The notes below the pieces were generated by a model that made no database searches, had not been told where the DNA came from, and saw only the letters and a list, made by a program, of their open reading frames with translations. A stretch of 64,000 nucleotides of DNA from Podarcis liolepis (lineage: Eukaryota). Every line of letters starts with the position of its first letter. Positions within the stretch are counted from its first letter, which is position 1. Positions 1 through 13,527 of the stretch are shown piece by piece. Made by a program: the position numbers and the translations under genes. The DNA lies in the NCBI GenBank assembly GCA_965112155.1, contig OZ218098.1; one strand, given 5' to 3'.

Positions 1-530
1 CAACTCTTCGTGACCCCATGGACCAGAGCACGCCAGGCACTCCTGTCTTCCACTGCCTCCCGCAGTTTGGTCAGACTCACGTTTGTAGCTTCGAGAACAC
101 TGTCCAACCATCTCGTCCTCTGTCGTCCCCTTCTCCTTGTGCCCTCCATCTTTCCCAACGTCAGGGTCTTTTCCAGGGAGTCTTCTCTTCTCATGAGGTG
201 GCCAAAGTATTGGAGCCTCAGCTTCACGATCTGTCCTTCCAGTGAGCACTCAGGGCTGATTTCCTTCAGAATGGATAGGTTTCATCTTCTTGCAGTCTCC
301 TCCAGCACCATAATTCAAAAGCATCCATTCTTCGGTGATCAGCCTTCTTGATGGTCCAGCTCTCACTTCCATACATCACTACTGGGAAAACCATGGCTTT
401 AACTATACGGACCTTTGTTGGCAAGGTGATGTCTCTGCTTTTTAGGATGCTGTCTATGTTTGTCATCGCCTTTCTCCCAAGGAGGAGGCATCTTTTAATT
501 TCGTGACTGCTGTCACCATCTGCAGTTATA
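1..530 (-). mobile_element. RTE-BovB LINE 3' fragment
   Basis: ORF 266..535(-) ITADGDSSHEIKRCLLLGRKAM...DAFELWCWRRL is typical BovB RT C-terminus. Confidence 0.92.
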
Positions 531-2071
531 ATCAAGGTACTTCTTGATTATTGAAAATAATTTGTATACTTTGTTGTTCAAAATGGTATTGGTTAGAAAT
601 AAGAGAAAAGGCTTTTAGCAAGTAGAAAGAACTCGCATCCAGAATTCTTTCTTAAGTAATCTGTTACTCTTCCACTTCTGACAAATTGAGTTCTACATAA
701 CTCAAAGGCTTGCATATTCTTATACAATAGAAACCATCAGTTTTCATATATATATATATATATATAAAATGAAATTAATGTGGCAGCAATTGTTCCTATT
801 CCCTGGAGAGAGAACCCAGTATAAAATTCCTGAATTAGAATGTGTTTTTTTAATGTGACACTGTGAAATTTCGTCTCCCTAGGAAAGTGTAGCTTCTACA
901 GAAAATTGTTGTCTCTAATTATTGTTATATTACTGAATTATGGTTATTCAGTGTCGGTATAATCAGGAGTGTTTGGATTCTGGTTTTGAGTTGTGTTCTA
1001 CATAGCACTCTAACAGACCTAATGTATCTTGCAATTGACTGGTTTTGGTATCATTTTGTGTAAAATATATATTTATTTCTCTTTACTTGGTTTTCAGTCA
1101 CTTGATGGAAGTACTCTTTGACCCTTGGAAGCTTATGCCAAATTAAGTTTAATTTAATAATACTATTTAGTTAAACATTACTATTGGCTATTTAGTTTTG
1201 ATTCTGCAATTTAAATTTGTGTGTGTTTCTGTGCTCCCCAGATTATTTAGTAAGCCTGGTTCTAACTACTCAAATATTTGGTACATCTTGAAAGAGTCAA
1301 AGGATATGACTGTCATAAAAGAACATTGTGATGTCAGCACATTAAAGTCTATTGCCCAATGTATATTTCAGTGAAGGGAATTCATCATCATTGTGATAGT
1401 TGTCTACAGGTATGCTGTTTTATTGTGCTGTTAAGTTTTTCTAAAATGCAAATTCTATTAGACTAATACACATGCTAAATGTCATCAAAGTGAGGTTAGT
1501 GTACAGCATTTTTGAAGTTTTATATGTTCATTTCTCAAGCTTGAAAAAGTCTAGTTCTAACATATACTTCTGGGCCATATTGAAGTTAAACACGTTGACT
1601 GGTATTTTAAATGCTGTTTATGTAGTACCAGATGTGGACATGCTTTATAAAGCAACACATTTAAAATAGGCCCTTGTCTTGAAGCTTACAATATGAGTGA
1701 AGCAACAGGAAGATGGGGACAAGGGTAACAGAATAGGAATAAGAATTCTTACTTTAAAACCTTTGTTAGATTCTACCTGAAATACCAGAACATTGTTGCT
1801 CGATTCAGATGTAATATCAAACTGTGGTTTGTCCAGGAGTGCCGCTCATGGCATATGGGATTCCCCTTCCACTCTTGCAAGCTGGTTGCACCATAAATTG
1901 TTTTCCTTCTTCCCTAGCTGTTGTTTGCATTGTGTATGCAAACTGGATTTGGGAGGCTAGCAGTATGTAAAGTTTGCCAGTTTGGACATCATAGAAAAAC
2001 GATGCTTAGTGAAAACTGAAGCAAGGGAAGGAATAATTGTATCTCTGGGGGTACTCTGGACCATGGTTGTA

Positions 2072-2358
2072 CAGTGGTGCCTCGCAAGACGAAAAGAATT
2101 CGTTCCGCGAGTCTTTTCGTCTTGCGATGTTTTTCGTCTTGCGATGTTTTTCGTCTTGCGATGTTTTTCGTCTTGCGAAGCACGGTCCGTCGCAACTGCG
2201 CCTCTTCAAGCGGCTTTTAAAAAAAAGCGCAAGACATTTTCGTCTTTCGAAGCAAGCCCATAGGGAAATTCGTCTAGCGAAGCAACGCAAAAACGGAAAA
2301 CCCTTTCGTCTAGCGAGTTTTTCGTCTTGCGAGGCATTCGTCTTGCGGGGCACCACTG
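2072..2358. mobile_element. Tc1/mariner (pogo/Tigger-like) MITE with internal 17-bp tandem repeats
   Basis: TA|CAGTGGTGCCTCGCAAGACG...CGTCTTGCGGGGCACCACTG|TA. Confidence 0.85.
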
Positions 2359-3314
2359 TACAATGTGTCTCATGTAATCAGGTGTTTGCAGCAAGTCTGC
2401 AGCAAGTCAGGGCCAGTTTGTGAAATCTGTTGGTTCTCCTCTTGTGTATGCATGCAGGTGTCTCATATAATCTGTACTGATTATATGGGAATCTCTCTGT
2501 TCTTGATTATTCTTGACATTATTACGGAAGTTTTAAATAAGGAGTTGAAAATCCGAAAAGTATCAGTATGGTTCTCAAATTTGTGCTTTAAAAAAATAAG
2601 GTTTTAAAAGGATTTGGGGTGGATAGGTCACTAGAATATTACGAAAAGCTATGATGTGCAGTTTTTTGTGCGATTCCTAAAAAAAGCATATAATTATTTT
2701 GAGGTGAATCAAAATGTGGGTATAATATGGAATTAGTATGTTGGCAATGTAGACTTTGCATTGCTGGCTATATTAGCTGCCCTGGAATGTATTGAGGCTT
2801 TCTGTAAGCTGAGCTTGGTTTAAGAATTAATTATACTGTAGTTGGTGGCATCAATCAACAATCATTCATAAGTAAAGGGGGGTTTGTGTATAAAATTTGT
2901 CAATCATCTAAAAAGATAAGTGCAAAAGAATAATACAGAATTTATAAATGTGACCACAGGTGGCATGCAAGAAGGTGTGCAACTGTGTTGAGCTGTAACC
3001 TGATTGTTGTCTCATTTTAAGCTTTTCTAGGAGGCAGAGCTATTCAGGAGTTTTGTAAGCTCCCTTGAATGCCATTTTGGCAGAAAGGCAGGGGATAAAA
3101 TAAAGTACAAATGATAAAATATCAGAGTTTCTATGCATGGCAGAGGGTGCCTGAACTCAGGCCTTGCTCTACTTCTTGTTACATATTTGCAGAACAAATG
3201 TCTCAAACCAGGAACACATTAAGTTGTCAGAACACAATTTGCTTTAAAATAAAAAATACAAAATTTGTCTGGCTTCAAATATCTCTTTTGGAGAATGATA
3301 AATTATTATTAGTG

Positions 3315-4930
3315 TCCTGCCGCCCAGTTTCGAATCTTTCATACCTGGGTAATGTAATTGAGAGAGCTGAACAGCTTGGTAGGTTTCTGGAGGAAACATC
3401 AGCTTTGGATCCATTCCAGTCCGGCTTTCACCCTGGTTACGGGACCGAGACAGCTCTGGTTGCCCTAACAGATGCTCTCTGTAGACAACTAGACCGAGGC
3501 GGGTTGGGACTGCTGATTCTTTTAGACTTGTCAGCAGCCTTCGACATGGTTGATCACAGTCTTTTGGACCACCGCCTTGCCGACGTGGGCACAGTCCAAC
3601 AATGGCTGCGTTCCTTTATCTCAGGTCGGGGACAGAGGGTGGCGCTAGGGAAGGAGATGTCGCCATGGCATCCCTTGGTGTGTGGGGTGCCGAAGGGTGC
3701 AATCCTTTCCCCGATGCTTTTTAACATCTTTATTTGCCCCCTTGCCCTGATTTTCCGGAGTTTCGGGCTGGGTTGTCATGAATATGCTGATAACACCCAG
3801 CTCTATCTGTTGATGGATGGCCATCCTGAATCGGCCCTGGACACACTGACCAGATGTCTGGAAGCTGTGGCTGGATGGCTGTGTGGGAGCCGGTTGAAGT
3901 TAAACCCTTCGAAGACGGAGGTCCTCTGACTGGGTTGGGACGGCATGGGGTTGGGGGGCCAACTCCCATCTCTTGCGGGGGCTCAACTTGTGCCAGTGCC
4001 TTCTGTCAAGAGTTTGGGTGTAACCTTCGATGCCTCCTTCTCCATGGAGCCGCAGGTTGCAGCTACTGCAAAGGCGGCATTTTTCCATCACCGCCATATT
4101 AAACAGTTGGTCCCTTACCTTTCCCGCCCTGATCTGGCCACAGTGATCCATGCGACAGTCACCTCCAGGCTTGATTACTGTAACTCGCTCTACGCGGGGC
4201 TGCCCTTGAAGTTGTCCCAGAAACTCCAGTGGGTGCTGAATGAGGCTCCTTACAGGGTCCTTGCCGTGGGACCACATTCACCCAGTGGTTTTCCAGCTTC
4301 AGTGGCTCCCGGTAGAGTATAGGGTCAGGTTTAAGGTGCTGGTTTTGACCTTTAAAGCCCTTTGCGGCCTAGGACCCTCATACCTACTGGACCGCCTCTC
4401 CTGGTATGCCCCGTGGAGGATCTTAAGGTCCATAAATAGCAATACCCTCGAGGTCCTGGGCCCTAAGGAAGTCAGATTAGCCTTAACCAGGGCCAGGGCC
4501 TTTTCAACACTGGCTCCGGCCTGGTGGAACGCTCTGTCTCATGAGACCAGGGCCCTGCGGGATCTGATTTCTTTCCGCAGGGCCTGTAAGGCAAAGTTGT
4601 TCCGCCTGGCCTTTGGCTTGGAATCAGCCTGATCCCCTCCCCCCTTTCCTTTTCTTTCTCTGATGGAACCCCTATTTGGGGACTTCCCTGGCCTTTCTGG
4701 CCCACGTAGGACCAGTCTGGATAGTTGGCCTTGGTGAAGATTTGACGTTTTCTCCCCCCAAACAGTTTTTGATCTGGGCTTCCACTGAAATGAGACTGCA
4801 TTTTAAGTTATATTTTAATCTTGTTTTTAAGTTGTATTTTAATCAATTGTTTTTATACCTGATGTTAGCCGCCCTGAGCCCAGTCTTGGCTGGGGAGGGT
4901 GGGGCATAAAAATAAATAAATAAATAAAAT
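3315..4930 (+). mobile_element. 5'-truncated L2-clade LINE (RT domain plus 3'UTR, (AAAT)n tail)
   Basis: RPVSNL..DPFQSGF..GTETAL..LDLSAAFD..YADNTQLY; frameshifted ORFs 3111-4632. Confidence 0.9.
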
Positions 4931-4964
4931 TCAGATATTATGCATCTGGAACTGTGTTTAAATT

Positions 4965-5370
4965 ATCCAGATGGTCACTATAGGTGTGGTCATTGTATAT
5001 GTTGTCCACAAAGTTCGAAAGATTGTTTTCCTCCTGTTGATAATAAAAAATGTGTATTGAAATATTTAATTATTACATCTCTATGTTGTATATGCCATTA
5101 TGTGTCCATGTTCAAAATTATGTGTTGGTCAGACCACAAGACCTCTTTTTGAGGATTACTGAACACAAATCTGAGAGTCATACTAGAAATTCAGAAACTT
5201 CATTAACCATGCATTTTCTGGAATATGATCACAAGCCTTCTGATTTAATTGGTAGTTTTTAACAGAAATAATTTATTCTGTTAACATACAATATTCTTGA
5301 ACTTTCCCAATGAGTAGTCTTTTGGATGCATAATTTAAACACAATTTCCCTTGCTGGTTTAAATGACAAA
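4965..5370 (+). mobile_element. Degenerate Penelope-like element, GIY-YIG endonuclease remnant
   Basis: Across frames: GHYRCGHCICC, VVYAIMCPCSKLCVGQTTRPL, RITEHKS, HFLEYDH, WMHNLNTISLAGLN. Confidence 0.75.
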
Positions 5371-6115
5371 ATGAATTTAGCTGTATTTGCATTTTCATAA
5401 ACAATTTATGTTTATATCCTCTCAAAAATAGAGGATATAAAGATAGAGTTTCTTTTCAGGTAGTAGTTCTACTAATGTATAATTTTTCTGCTTGAGTAAT
5501 AGCATATTTGAGAGTCACATCTTTTGGTGAGATATGGATTGGCAGCTGATTCCCCCTATATTGAATTTCAGTTATGCTTCATTTTGTGAGCAGCAGTGGC
5601 ATATTTTGAGCAACAACATAGCTGGATTATAGGTTTGTATTTTTACTTTATACAAACTTTTTATTCTATGCTAGAAGGACTTATAATCAAACTATCCTTT
5701 TAAATTACAGTCTTAGGAGCAACAAATCCCTTGTGGTGTAGCTCTAGTCATTAAAGGTCTTGTATACGAACTATATCAAGCAATAAATTTATAATGGTAA
5801 TTTATCCCTTTATAATTTTTGATTCCATTCAAACGAATAACATAATAGACTCTATTATATTTATATATAATTAAGTTGGGGGGGAATGAATACAATTCGG
5901 AAAAATCAAACAAGAGGCTCTACGGGGATCTACAGCTGTCAACTGCAAGACCATTTTTGTTTCTGCTGAAACATCTCTAACATCTGTACTGTTTGGAGAA
6001 ATTGTAATTGTCACACAATAGTGGCTATCATTCATGTTTGTTTATGTTCATTTTATATGTAGTCTTAAACTGTTGACTCATAAATCACTTTTTATACATT
6101 TCCATTGCTTTAGGG

Positions 6116-6240
6116 CAGTGGTGGCCAAACTTGACCCTCCAGCTGTTTTTGGACTACAACTCCCATCAACCCTAGATAACAGGACCAGTGGTCAGGGATG
6201 ATGAGAATTGTAGTCCCAAAACAGCGGGAGGGCCAAGTTC
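6116..6240. mobile_element. Palindromic hAT MITE (degenerate)
   Basis: ggactacaactcccatc...gatgagaattgtagtcc; related to 9378-9513. Confidence 0.7.
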
Positions 6241-9056
6241 AGGTGATCTTGTTTGTTACTCATATGCTTTGGGACCTTCTCCATTGTTTTGGTTGCTTTT
6301 GGAGAATTAACATCTTAAAATAAGCCAATTGTTAGCGTAGCAGTGCCAGACCTGTCTTTTTTATTTACCCAGGGAAAACATCATAGAGGTAAATGTGTTG
6401 AAATGTTCACCCATCTACTGCTTTTCTCCCTGCAACTCTTTCTCAAGCTCTGCTCACTTCCATTAGTAGCAGGTGGGGGGTGGAAGGGTGCTCACCTGCT
6501 GCTTTTTAAATGGAAGTTTGTGGGGGGCTCTCTAGTTTAATGGCAAGTTCAGTCTTGTGCACAATACGCAGATCTGCTGTCAAATAGGTAGGTTCTTCTC
6601 TCCATATCCTTCTAGATTCATAGTGTATTTGTAGTAAAGAATCCACAAAATCCTTGAGGGACCCAGAACCAATCTTTTCCCCATACTTTCCTGATCAAGA
6701 TGCTAAGGAAGATTGTTTAAACAAGTGATTGCTCAATGTTTCCTTCTGTGCTCTGTCCGTGGTCCTATTTCAATGTGAGACAAAATAGCACTCCTATCCC
6801 TTACACATGTAAAGCGGGATCTAGCTTTAAAATGCTGGTTAGGAACAAACTCTGTGTAGCCTTAAGTGTGCCCAACCCTCTGTCAACGTGTGCTAAAAAA
6901 TACGTTTGCTTCCCTAATAGCACTGGGGGGAAACTCCTAATAAAACTTCCACAACTCTTGTTCCAGGTAATCCTCAACCTTGATGAGGTGTGAATTGCTA
7001 TGTGGTGTTTCTCAGGGCCCCTCTGCTTAACTTCCTGAAAAATAGATGTTTTTACACTTGCAGCTTTTGGAGTCAAATCTACCACAATTGGAAAGGCTGG
7101 GGGGGGGGAATGCATATAAAGGGCCTTGGTATTGGTTGCCCTTCATAATGCAGTTTAAACCTCTTAGTGACATGCCATATCTACAGATGCTTTACCCAGA
7201 GCCTGTTCTGTCTATTTAAACAGAGGAGAAGAGCATGACTGATAAAACATCCCTCCTCCTCAATATTTAGCCTATTTTCATAATAGACTGGTCACTCACT
7301 CCCTTAGGATTATGTGCAGGAGCAAAGACCCTGGGTGGGGGAAGCCTGGAGCCAGTACTGAAATGACATTAAGCATTACTTGAAATCTTGCTCATAAGGA
7401 GGAACAATTGTCATATTTTATTTAATTATTTGACCTGAATGAAGTATAATTACACTACCATCAAAAGTGTGTAGCATCCTTGCTTTTTCTGTTTGGGTAG
7501 CTAGATCAGAATACAGACCAAGACCACAAAGAAGAAAACCTATTTAGAAATGATGGCATCTCCAGTTTATGTTCCATTGAAATATTTGGTTTGGTGGATC
7601 ACTCTACATTTTTTACTTAATTCCAAAGTTTTTGCTGAAATGTCTTAAGTTAGATTTTAAAAACTGATAGGAAAATGCTATGTGTTAATCCTGCGGTAAA
7701 TAGTGCATGCTATTTTCAGACTTGATATTGTATACCTTGGATTTTGAGAGCCATTTTTCAGATTTTGGCAGACTGAGTTTATTTCTTTGCGGTAAATATT
7801 ACTGTTGCTAAAAAACACTACCTCAGAAATGCCATTTATCTATTCTTGTATTGTGCTGTTAACCAGCTGTATCCCTTTCAGCTACTTTTAGCACAACATC
7901 TTAATAGTATTGGTATCTTACAACATGGTTGACAAAATCAAAGTGTTCATAATGTGCAGAGTAATTCAAGGTTTTCTATTTTTTAAACAAATATTTTCAG
8001 TGCCACAAAATGAAATGCAGGTAGTCTGCAAATCTTCAACAGAGGCAAGCTCTTTAAGATGTTAGAGTAAAACTTATGAGGGAAAATCTAAGTAAGAACT
8101 TCAGAAGCTGCAGCTAGTCAATTTTGGGGTGATGGAAGATGCTGCTTCTACAGACCAAATATGGTCTTGCAGTACATGGGAAATATTATGTTTACAGGAA
8201 GCGATTGTCCTACATTTTTGGCAAGGACCGCTGATAAAATTGAATAATCTATTCTAATAGCCATGCAACTTAGAGGAATTTTTTGGGGGGCCCGGTAGAA
8301 TGTCCTTTCAAAGAATGCAATTTCGAAGTATTGCTTGTCAGATGGTATAAATTAACTTAGCTTTCTGTCTGTGCTTTGCTTTGAATTCCGAAGAGATATA
8401 CGTTGATGTTTATAGGGCATCACACCTTGCTCTCTGACTTGTGGCAAGGAAATATAAATAAAGACAGAGAATAGATAATCTCTGACTTGAGTTCTTACAT
8501 GTGCTAATATTTCTAGAAAAATATTTTTAGGAACTAGTGTGTCCAATCAGCTTTATACAGGGTCATATACCACTTGCACCCCGACCTGTTTAGGGAGTCC
8601 TCAGGACTCTTTAGTGTCAGAGAGGGCGCTCAGGAACAGTTATGTCAATGTGCCTGGCTGTCATTCCATACCAAACCAAGACCTTGACAGTTTTGCTGGT
8701 TCTGGGTTTTTGAGAATCCCCAAAGCACATTCCATAATACCTTTGATTTCCTAAGTCTTCATGGGTGGACCACCCTAAAGGGTACCCTACACTTGCAGCA
8801 CGTGGGTGAGTTTGTAATACCCAACTTCACCAGATAATAATCTGACAATGACAACAGGGTTAATTCACCCCCTCCCAATACCCAGATGCCCTCCTTCACA
8901 AGGTGGCGAAGTTTCCTGGTGAGCAAAATGGAAATATTACAGACCACGCCCACTTCTCCCTCTCTGATCCTTCAATCAAGGTTGATGCCTTCTTGGCAAA
9001 GCTGAGTCAAATCTACTCAGTCCAACACTCCCAGGTCTCAGTAATGCAAGCCAGAT

Positions 9057-9126
9057 CATAGAATCATAGAACTGTAGAATTGGAAGAGACTGCTAGTGTT
9101 ATCTAGTCCAACCCCTTGCTATGCAG
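9057..9126 (-). mobile_element. CR1-type 3' tail fragment
   Basis: (ATCATAGA)2 tail plus ctagtccaacccc, reverse complement of the tail at 40900-40967. Confidence 0.6.
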
Positions 9127-9377
9127 AAGTCAAAGCTCCCTCATCCACAATCAACTCATGGATGAACATGGTTTTATTAATCCCCTGGCAATAATGCATT
9201 AGCCAGTTGTGTTTGACTTGAGATGCTTTAATGACATTTACTAATGGTTTACCAGTGTATTTCCAAAATATCGGTTTATTGAGATTTCATAGGAACGTGG
9301 TTGAGCCAATCTTTTATTTATTATTTTTAGTTACACCTTGCCTTTCAAATACATAATCAGGGTGACTTTCAGTAAAC

Positions 9378-9513
9378 CAGTGTTCCCCAACCTTGGGCTT
9401 CCAGCTGTTTTTGGACTACAATTCCCATCATCCTTGACCACTGGTCTTGCTAGCGAGGGATGATGGGAGTTGTAGTCCAAAAACAGCTGGAGGCCCAAGG
9501 TTGGGGAACACTG
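9378..9513. mobile_element. Palindromic hAT MITE with perfect 8-bp TSD
   Basis: TIR CAGTGTTCCCCAACCTTGGG; TSD CAGTAAAC at 9370-9377 and 9514-9521. Confidence 0.92.
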
Positions 9514-11005
9514 CAGTAAACTATTAAAACACATCTGAAGCCTTAATATATGAAATAATGTGTTGACCAAACCCGTTCTTCATCAGTTGGTATGTGAAGC
9601 ACTAAACTTTGCTTCAGGAAGGAAGTTAGGTATTCCAAGAGAATGAAGTAACATATTTGCCCCTTAAATACCATAAGTGACTGCAGTAGTAATGTCCCAT
9701 TGCTGTTGCACTTTCGTAATGCCTACCATCTCTAGCTGTGAGGACCAAGATGCAGGATGAACCCCAGTCTTGAACTTTGTGGGAAGTAATCGCAAGGCTC
9801 ATGAACTGAACTTCTGTCAATGTTTGTTTGGCCTTTTAAAAGGCTGTGGGAGACTGGTTTTCATTTCAGTAGTCAAAATGTCAGCAGGTGAAAGGTGTCT
9901 TAGGAGCTGGTTGGTTCAGGGATATTCTGAGGCAGAATGGCTTGGAGTTTATACTAGTGCTCCTTCTTACAGGAAAATGATTTTTATGAGCAAAGATTTG
10001 TAAGTATTTCAACCAACATGAAAACAAGAGCTGCTTTGTATTGAAGCAATTCCTGGAGCAATAGTGGAAAAGCACTCATTACTGTACTGTATAGGACACG
10101 GACACACCACAAAAACACACACTTGGAGCTGTTCCCAAGCAGTTCAGTGAATTTCCAGATACCATTTGTGTCAATATTCCGTAGCCATCTACATCAAAAG
10201 TTGAAGAAAACTCTAATATATGTATATGTCAATACTTGATGTGCATTTCAGAAGATGATGCAATGCAAAATACGTTGTAGTTCGTGCATGTTTAAACCTG
10301 CCATTACCGCTTTTGCTGTCCCATTAGTTGGCGCTTGTGAGAATGGTTTTATGCTTAACTAGTATTTGTAGCAATCGAGCTTTGCATATATTTTCTGAGT
10401 TCTGAAAATACATTAATAGTAGCATAATCCACCTTTGCAAAAAATATTGAGAAAATTGCAGTAATGATCTTCAATTATTTTAGAGAACGAGGCTTTAAGA
10501 CCTTCCTTAACTGCTCTGGATAACCTGCCATTTGCTTATTTGCTCTCAAAAAACACACAAAACCATAGAATTTTAGAACCTTTGTATATCTGTGTGTGAA
10601 AGTGGGAGAATGAAACAACTGGATATATTTTTGTCTGCTTCTCTGAATTCTAAGGGAGGTCAAATAACTTTATGATATTTATTATTGATTTTTTTTTAAA
10701 AAAAAGTCTCATCAGTGTGGGAATGCAGTAAGAGTTGCATAAGAGAAAAATATAGGCCCCCTACCTTGAAGAGTTTAAGGTTCTAAATAAGAGTGACCAT
10801 GAAAGTTCAAGGGACAAATTTTAACTGTGTGCCAGATCTCTTGCATGAAGTTTGCTCTTACGGATTGCCCTTGAAGCTAATATCACAGTCCTGTATAAAA
10901 TAGGCATTTCAGTGTGGAGAGTAAAATATTTTTATTATAAAAACTTGGAATAGGTTTTTTCATTGTTTGGAGCTGTGTTAGAGTAAATGCTGCAGTACTT
11001 TATTA

Positions 11006-11241
11006 CAGTGGTACCTCGGGTTAAGTACTTAATTCGTTCCGGAGGTCCGTACTTAACCTGAAACTGTTCTTAACCTGAAGCACCACTTTAGCTAATGGGG
11101 CCTCCCGCTGCTGCCGGGTCGCCGGAGCACAATTTCTGTTCTGAAGCAAAGTTCTTAACCTGAAGCACTATTTCTGGGTTAGCGGAGTCTGTTACCTGAA
11201 GCGTATGTAACCTGAAGCGTATGTAACCTGAGGTACCACTG
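11006..11241. mobile_element. Tc1/mariner (pogo/Tigger-like) MITE, CAGTGGTACCTCG family
   Basis: TA TSD, TIR CAGTGGTACCTCGGGTTA. Confidence 0.88.
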
Positions 11242-11790
11242 TACTTAGATATTTTTTTACTGTTGGAACTTGGTCACCAGCAAGTTGTCTTTTATTTGTT
11301 CTCTTTTATGTTAATACCCCATGTGGCTTTGACAAAGTACAAAGTGGCAAGTATAATGCCTTTGCTAAAACTTTCATGCCCAGTAATGTGTACTCAGTAA
11401 TTGCACCATATTTTGAAAGTTGTGCATGATTATTTTTTAAAAAAAGTTTAGATATGGCTTCATTGTAGTTCTTCTGAAGTTTTAGTAAGTCTAATGGAGG
11501 CTGTTATGTCTTCTGTGTTATCCTGTAAAGGGGTCAAAAACTCTGACCCCTCCGCAGGAAAATCTTGATAAAATTGAGTGAATGTATATTGAAACAAGTC
11601 AAATTCTTCCCAACCCAGTCTCACGGGTTTTGGTGCCATTTTAGGCTACTGAGAGTTGGAGAATATTGAGGGGTTTTTTTGTTTCTGTTTTTTTGCAAGT
11701 AACATACCTGGGTTAGGGTGGGAGCAGAGAACTAGCACGCCATATTTCTTGGTGATATCAGCCCCCCCCCCCAATGTGTTGCTTTATTTT

Positions 11791-11794
<4 letters not shown>

Positions 11795-11826
<32 letters not shown>
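11795..11826. repeat. (AC)n microsatellite
   Basis: direct. Confidence 0.95.
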
Positions 11827-11830
<4 letters not shown>

Positions 11831-11925
11831 GTAGGTGTTACCTGTGTCAAAAAACAATAATAACAGAAAATAACATTGATACAGAAAACACGCTGCTTCT
11901 GATTTTTATTGCTGTTTCTAAATTA

Positions 11926-12094
11926 CCGTATTTTTCTCTCTATAACACGCACCCGACCATAACACGCACATAGTTTTTAGAGGAGGAAAATCCATAGGCA
12001 TGCCACCCGTAGGCATTCCCTCCATAACACGCACAGACATTTCCCCTTACTTTCTAGGAGGAAAAAAGTGAGTGTTATGGTGCAAAAAATACGG
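11926..12094. mobile_element. Tc2-like MITE
   Basis: TA|CCGTATTTTT...AAAAATACGG|TA. Confidence 0.8.
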
Positions 12095-12139
12095 TATAAA
12101 TCACATGTAACATTTTAACCCATATCATTATTTAAAATA

Positions 12140-12616
12140 CCGTGGTACCTCGGGTACTTAATTCATTCCAGAGGTGCGTTCTTAACCTGAAACTGTTCTT
12201 AACCTGAAGCACCACTTTAGCTAATGGGGCCTCCTGCTGCCACTGTGCCGCCGGAGCACGATTTCTGTTCTCATCCTGAAGCAAAGTTCTGAGAGCCAGT
12301 GTGGTGTAGTGGTTAAGAGCGGTGGAGTCGTAATCTGGGAAACCGGGTTCGAGTCTCCGCTCCTCCACATGCAGCTGCTGGGTGACCTTGGGCTAGTCAC
12401 ACTTCTTTGAAGTCTCTCAGCCCCACTCACCTCACAGAGTGTTTGTTGTGGGGGAGGAAGGGAAAGGAGAATGTTAGCCGCTTTGAGACTCCTTAAAGGG
12501 AGTGAAAGGCGGGATATCAAATCCAAACTCTTCTTCTTCTTCTTCTTAACCCGAGGTACTATTTCTGGGTTAGCGGAGTCTGTAACCTGAAGCGTGTGTA
12601 ACCCGAGGTACCGCTG
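12140..12616. mobile_element. CAGTGGTACCTCG-family MITE split by a SINE
   Basis: The two halves join to the same sequence as 11006-11241. Confidence 0.85.
12291..12546 (+). mobile_element. tRNA-headed MIR/Ther1-like SINE (Squam3-type), L2-like tail, (CTT)n end
   Basis: A-box tggtgtagtgg, B-box gggttcgagtc, CORE-like gtgaccttgggctagtcac. Confidence 0.8.
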
Positions 12617-12656
12617 TATGAGCAGTTCTGATTGATAGTCTTCAGAGATAATGATT

Positions 12657-13274
12657 ATAGTGGTACCTCGGTTTACAAACTTAATCTGTTCTGGAAGTCG
12701 GTTCTTAAACCGAAACCGTTCTTAAACCGAGGCACACTTTCCCTAATGAGGCCTTCCGCCGCAGGTGCCCTTCCACCGTTTGGATTCCATTCTTTTTGCA
12801 AACCGGGACACTACTTCCGGTTTTGCAGAGTTCTTAAACCGAATCATTCATAAACAGGACTGTTCTTAAACTGAGGTACCACGTAACAAAGGTAAAGGTA
12901 AAGGACCCCTGACAGTTAAGTCCAGGCACAGATGACTCTGGGGTTACGACGCTCAACTTGCTTTACAGGCCGAAGGAGGCAGTGTTTGTCTGCAGACAGT
13001 TTTTCCAGGTCATGTGGTCAGCATGACTAAGCCGCTTCTGGCGAAACCAGAGCAGCGCACAGAAACACTGTTTACCTTCCCACCGGAGCGGTACCTATTA
13101 ATCTACTTGCACTTTCTGGCATGCTTTCAAACTGCTAGGTTGGCATGAGCTGGGATCGAGCAATGGGAGCTCACACCGTTGCAGGGATTTGAACCGCCGA
13201 CCTTCTGATCGGCAAGCCCAAGAGGCTCAGTGGTTTAGACCACAGTGCCACCCAAGTCCTGAGCTACCATTATA
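12657..13274. mobile_element. Tigger-like MITE whose right TIR is interrupted by a Sauria SINE
   Basis: Left TIR tagtggtacctcgg; ctgaggtaccac at 12871 recurs degenerately as ctgagctaccattata at 13259. Confidence 0.7.
12883..13258 (-). mobile_element. Sauria SINE
   Basis: (AAAGGT)n tail on + strand; tRNA-like head at right end. Confidence 0.9.
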
Positions 13275-13452
13275 GTTGCCAGTATATATCCCTTACTAGT
13301 CTTCCTTGCATAGAATTCAAATCCTGATGACATTGAACATTGAAAAATTCATTGAGTTAATAAAAATCTAGGTATAGTAATTTGGTCATATCAGGTTTGA
13401 GAACCTTGAGGTTTCTCTCTCTGTGGTGCATCACCTATATCACGTCTGCAGA

Positions 13453-13527
13453 AATATGGTAGCCATATTTGGTATCCAACTGGTAGCCAATATGGTAGCC
13501 ATATCTGGTATCCAACTGGTAGCCAAT
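13453..13527. repeat. 36-bp tandem duplication
   Basis: aatatggtagccatat(t/c)tggtatccaactggtagcc x2. Confidence 0.9.

Noticed and set aside
2095-2345. Regular 17-bp repeats and overlapping ORFs on both strands (CRISPR-like or coding?)
   Set aside because: No unique spacers; the repeats lie inside a TA-flanked MITE; eukaryotic context
3111-4632. RT-like ORFs as an active or domesticated gene (also 17263-18523 and 40383-40880)
   Set aside because: 5'-truncated and/or frameshifted LINE fragments with no endonuclease or ORF1
8540-9050. GC-richer block resembling an old LTR
   Set aside because: No clear termini or TSD found
12291-12365. tRNA-like A/B boxes here and in Sauria SINE heads
   Set aside because: These are SINE heads continuing into SINE bodies and tails, not tRNA genes
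13323-13345. CTGATGA...GAAA hammerhead-like core
   Set aside because: No convincing stem II or flanking stems
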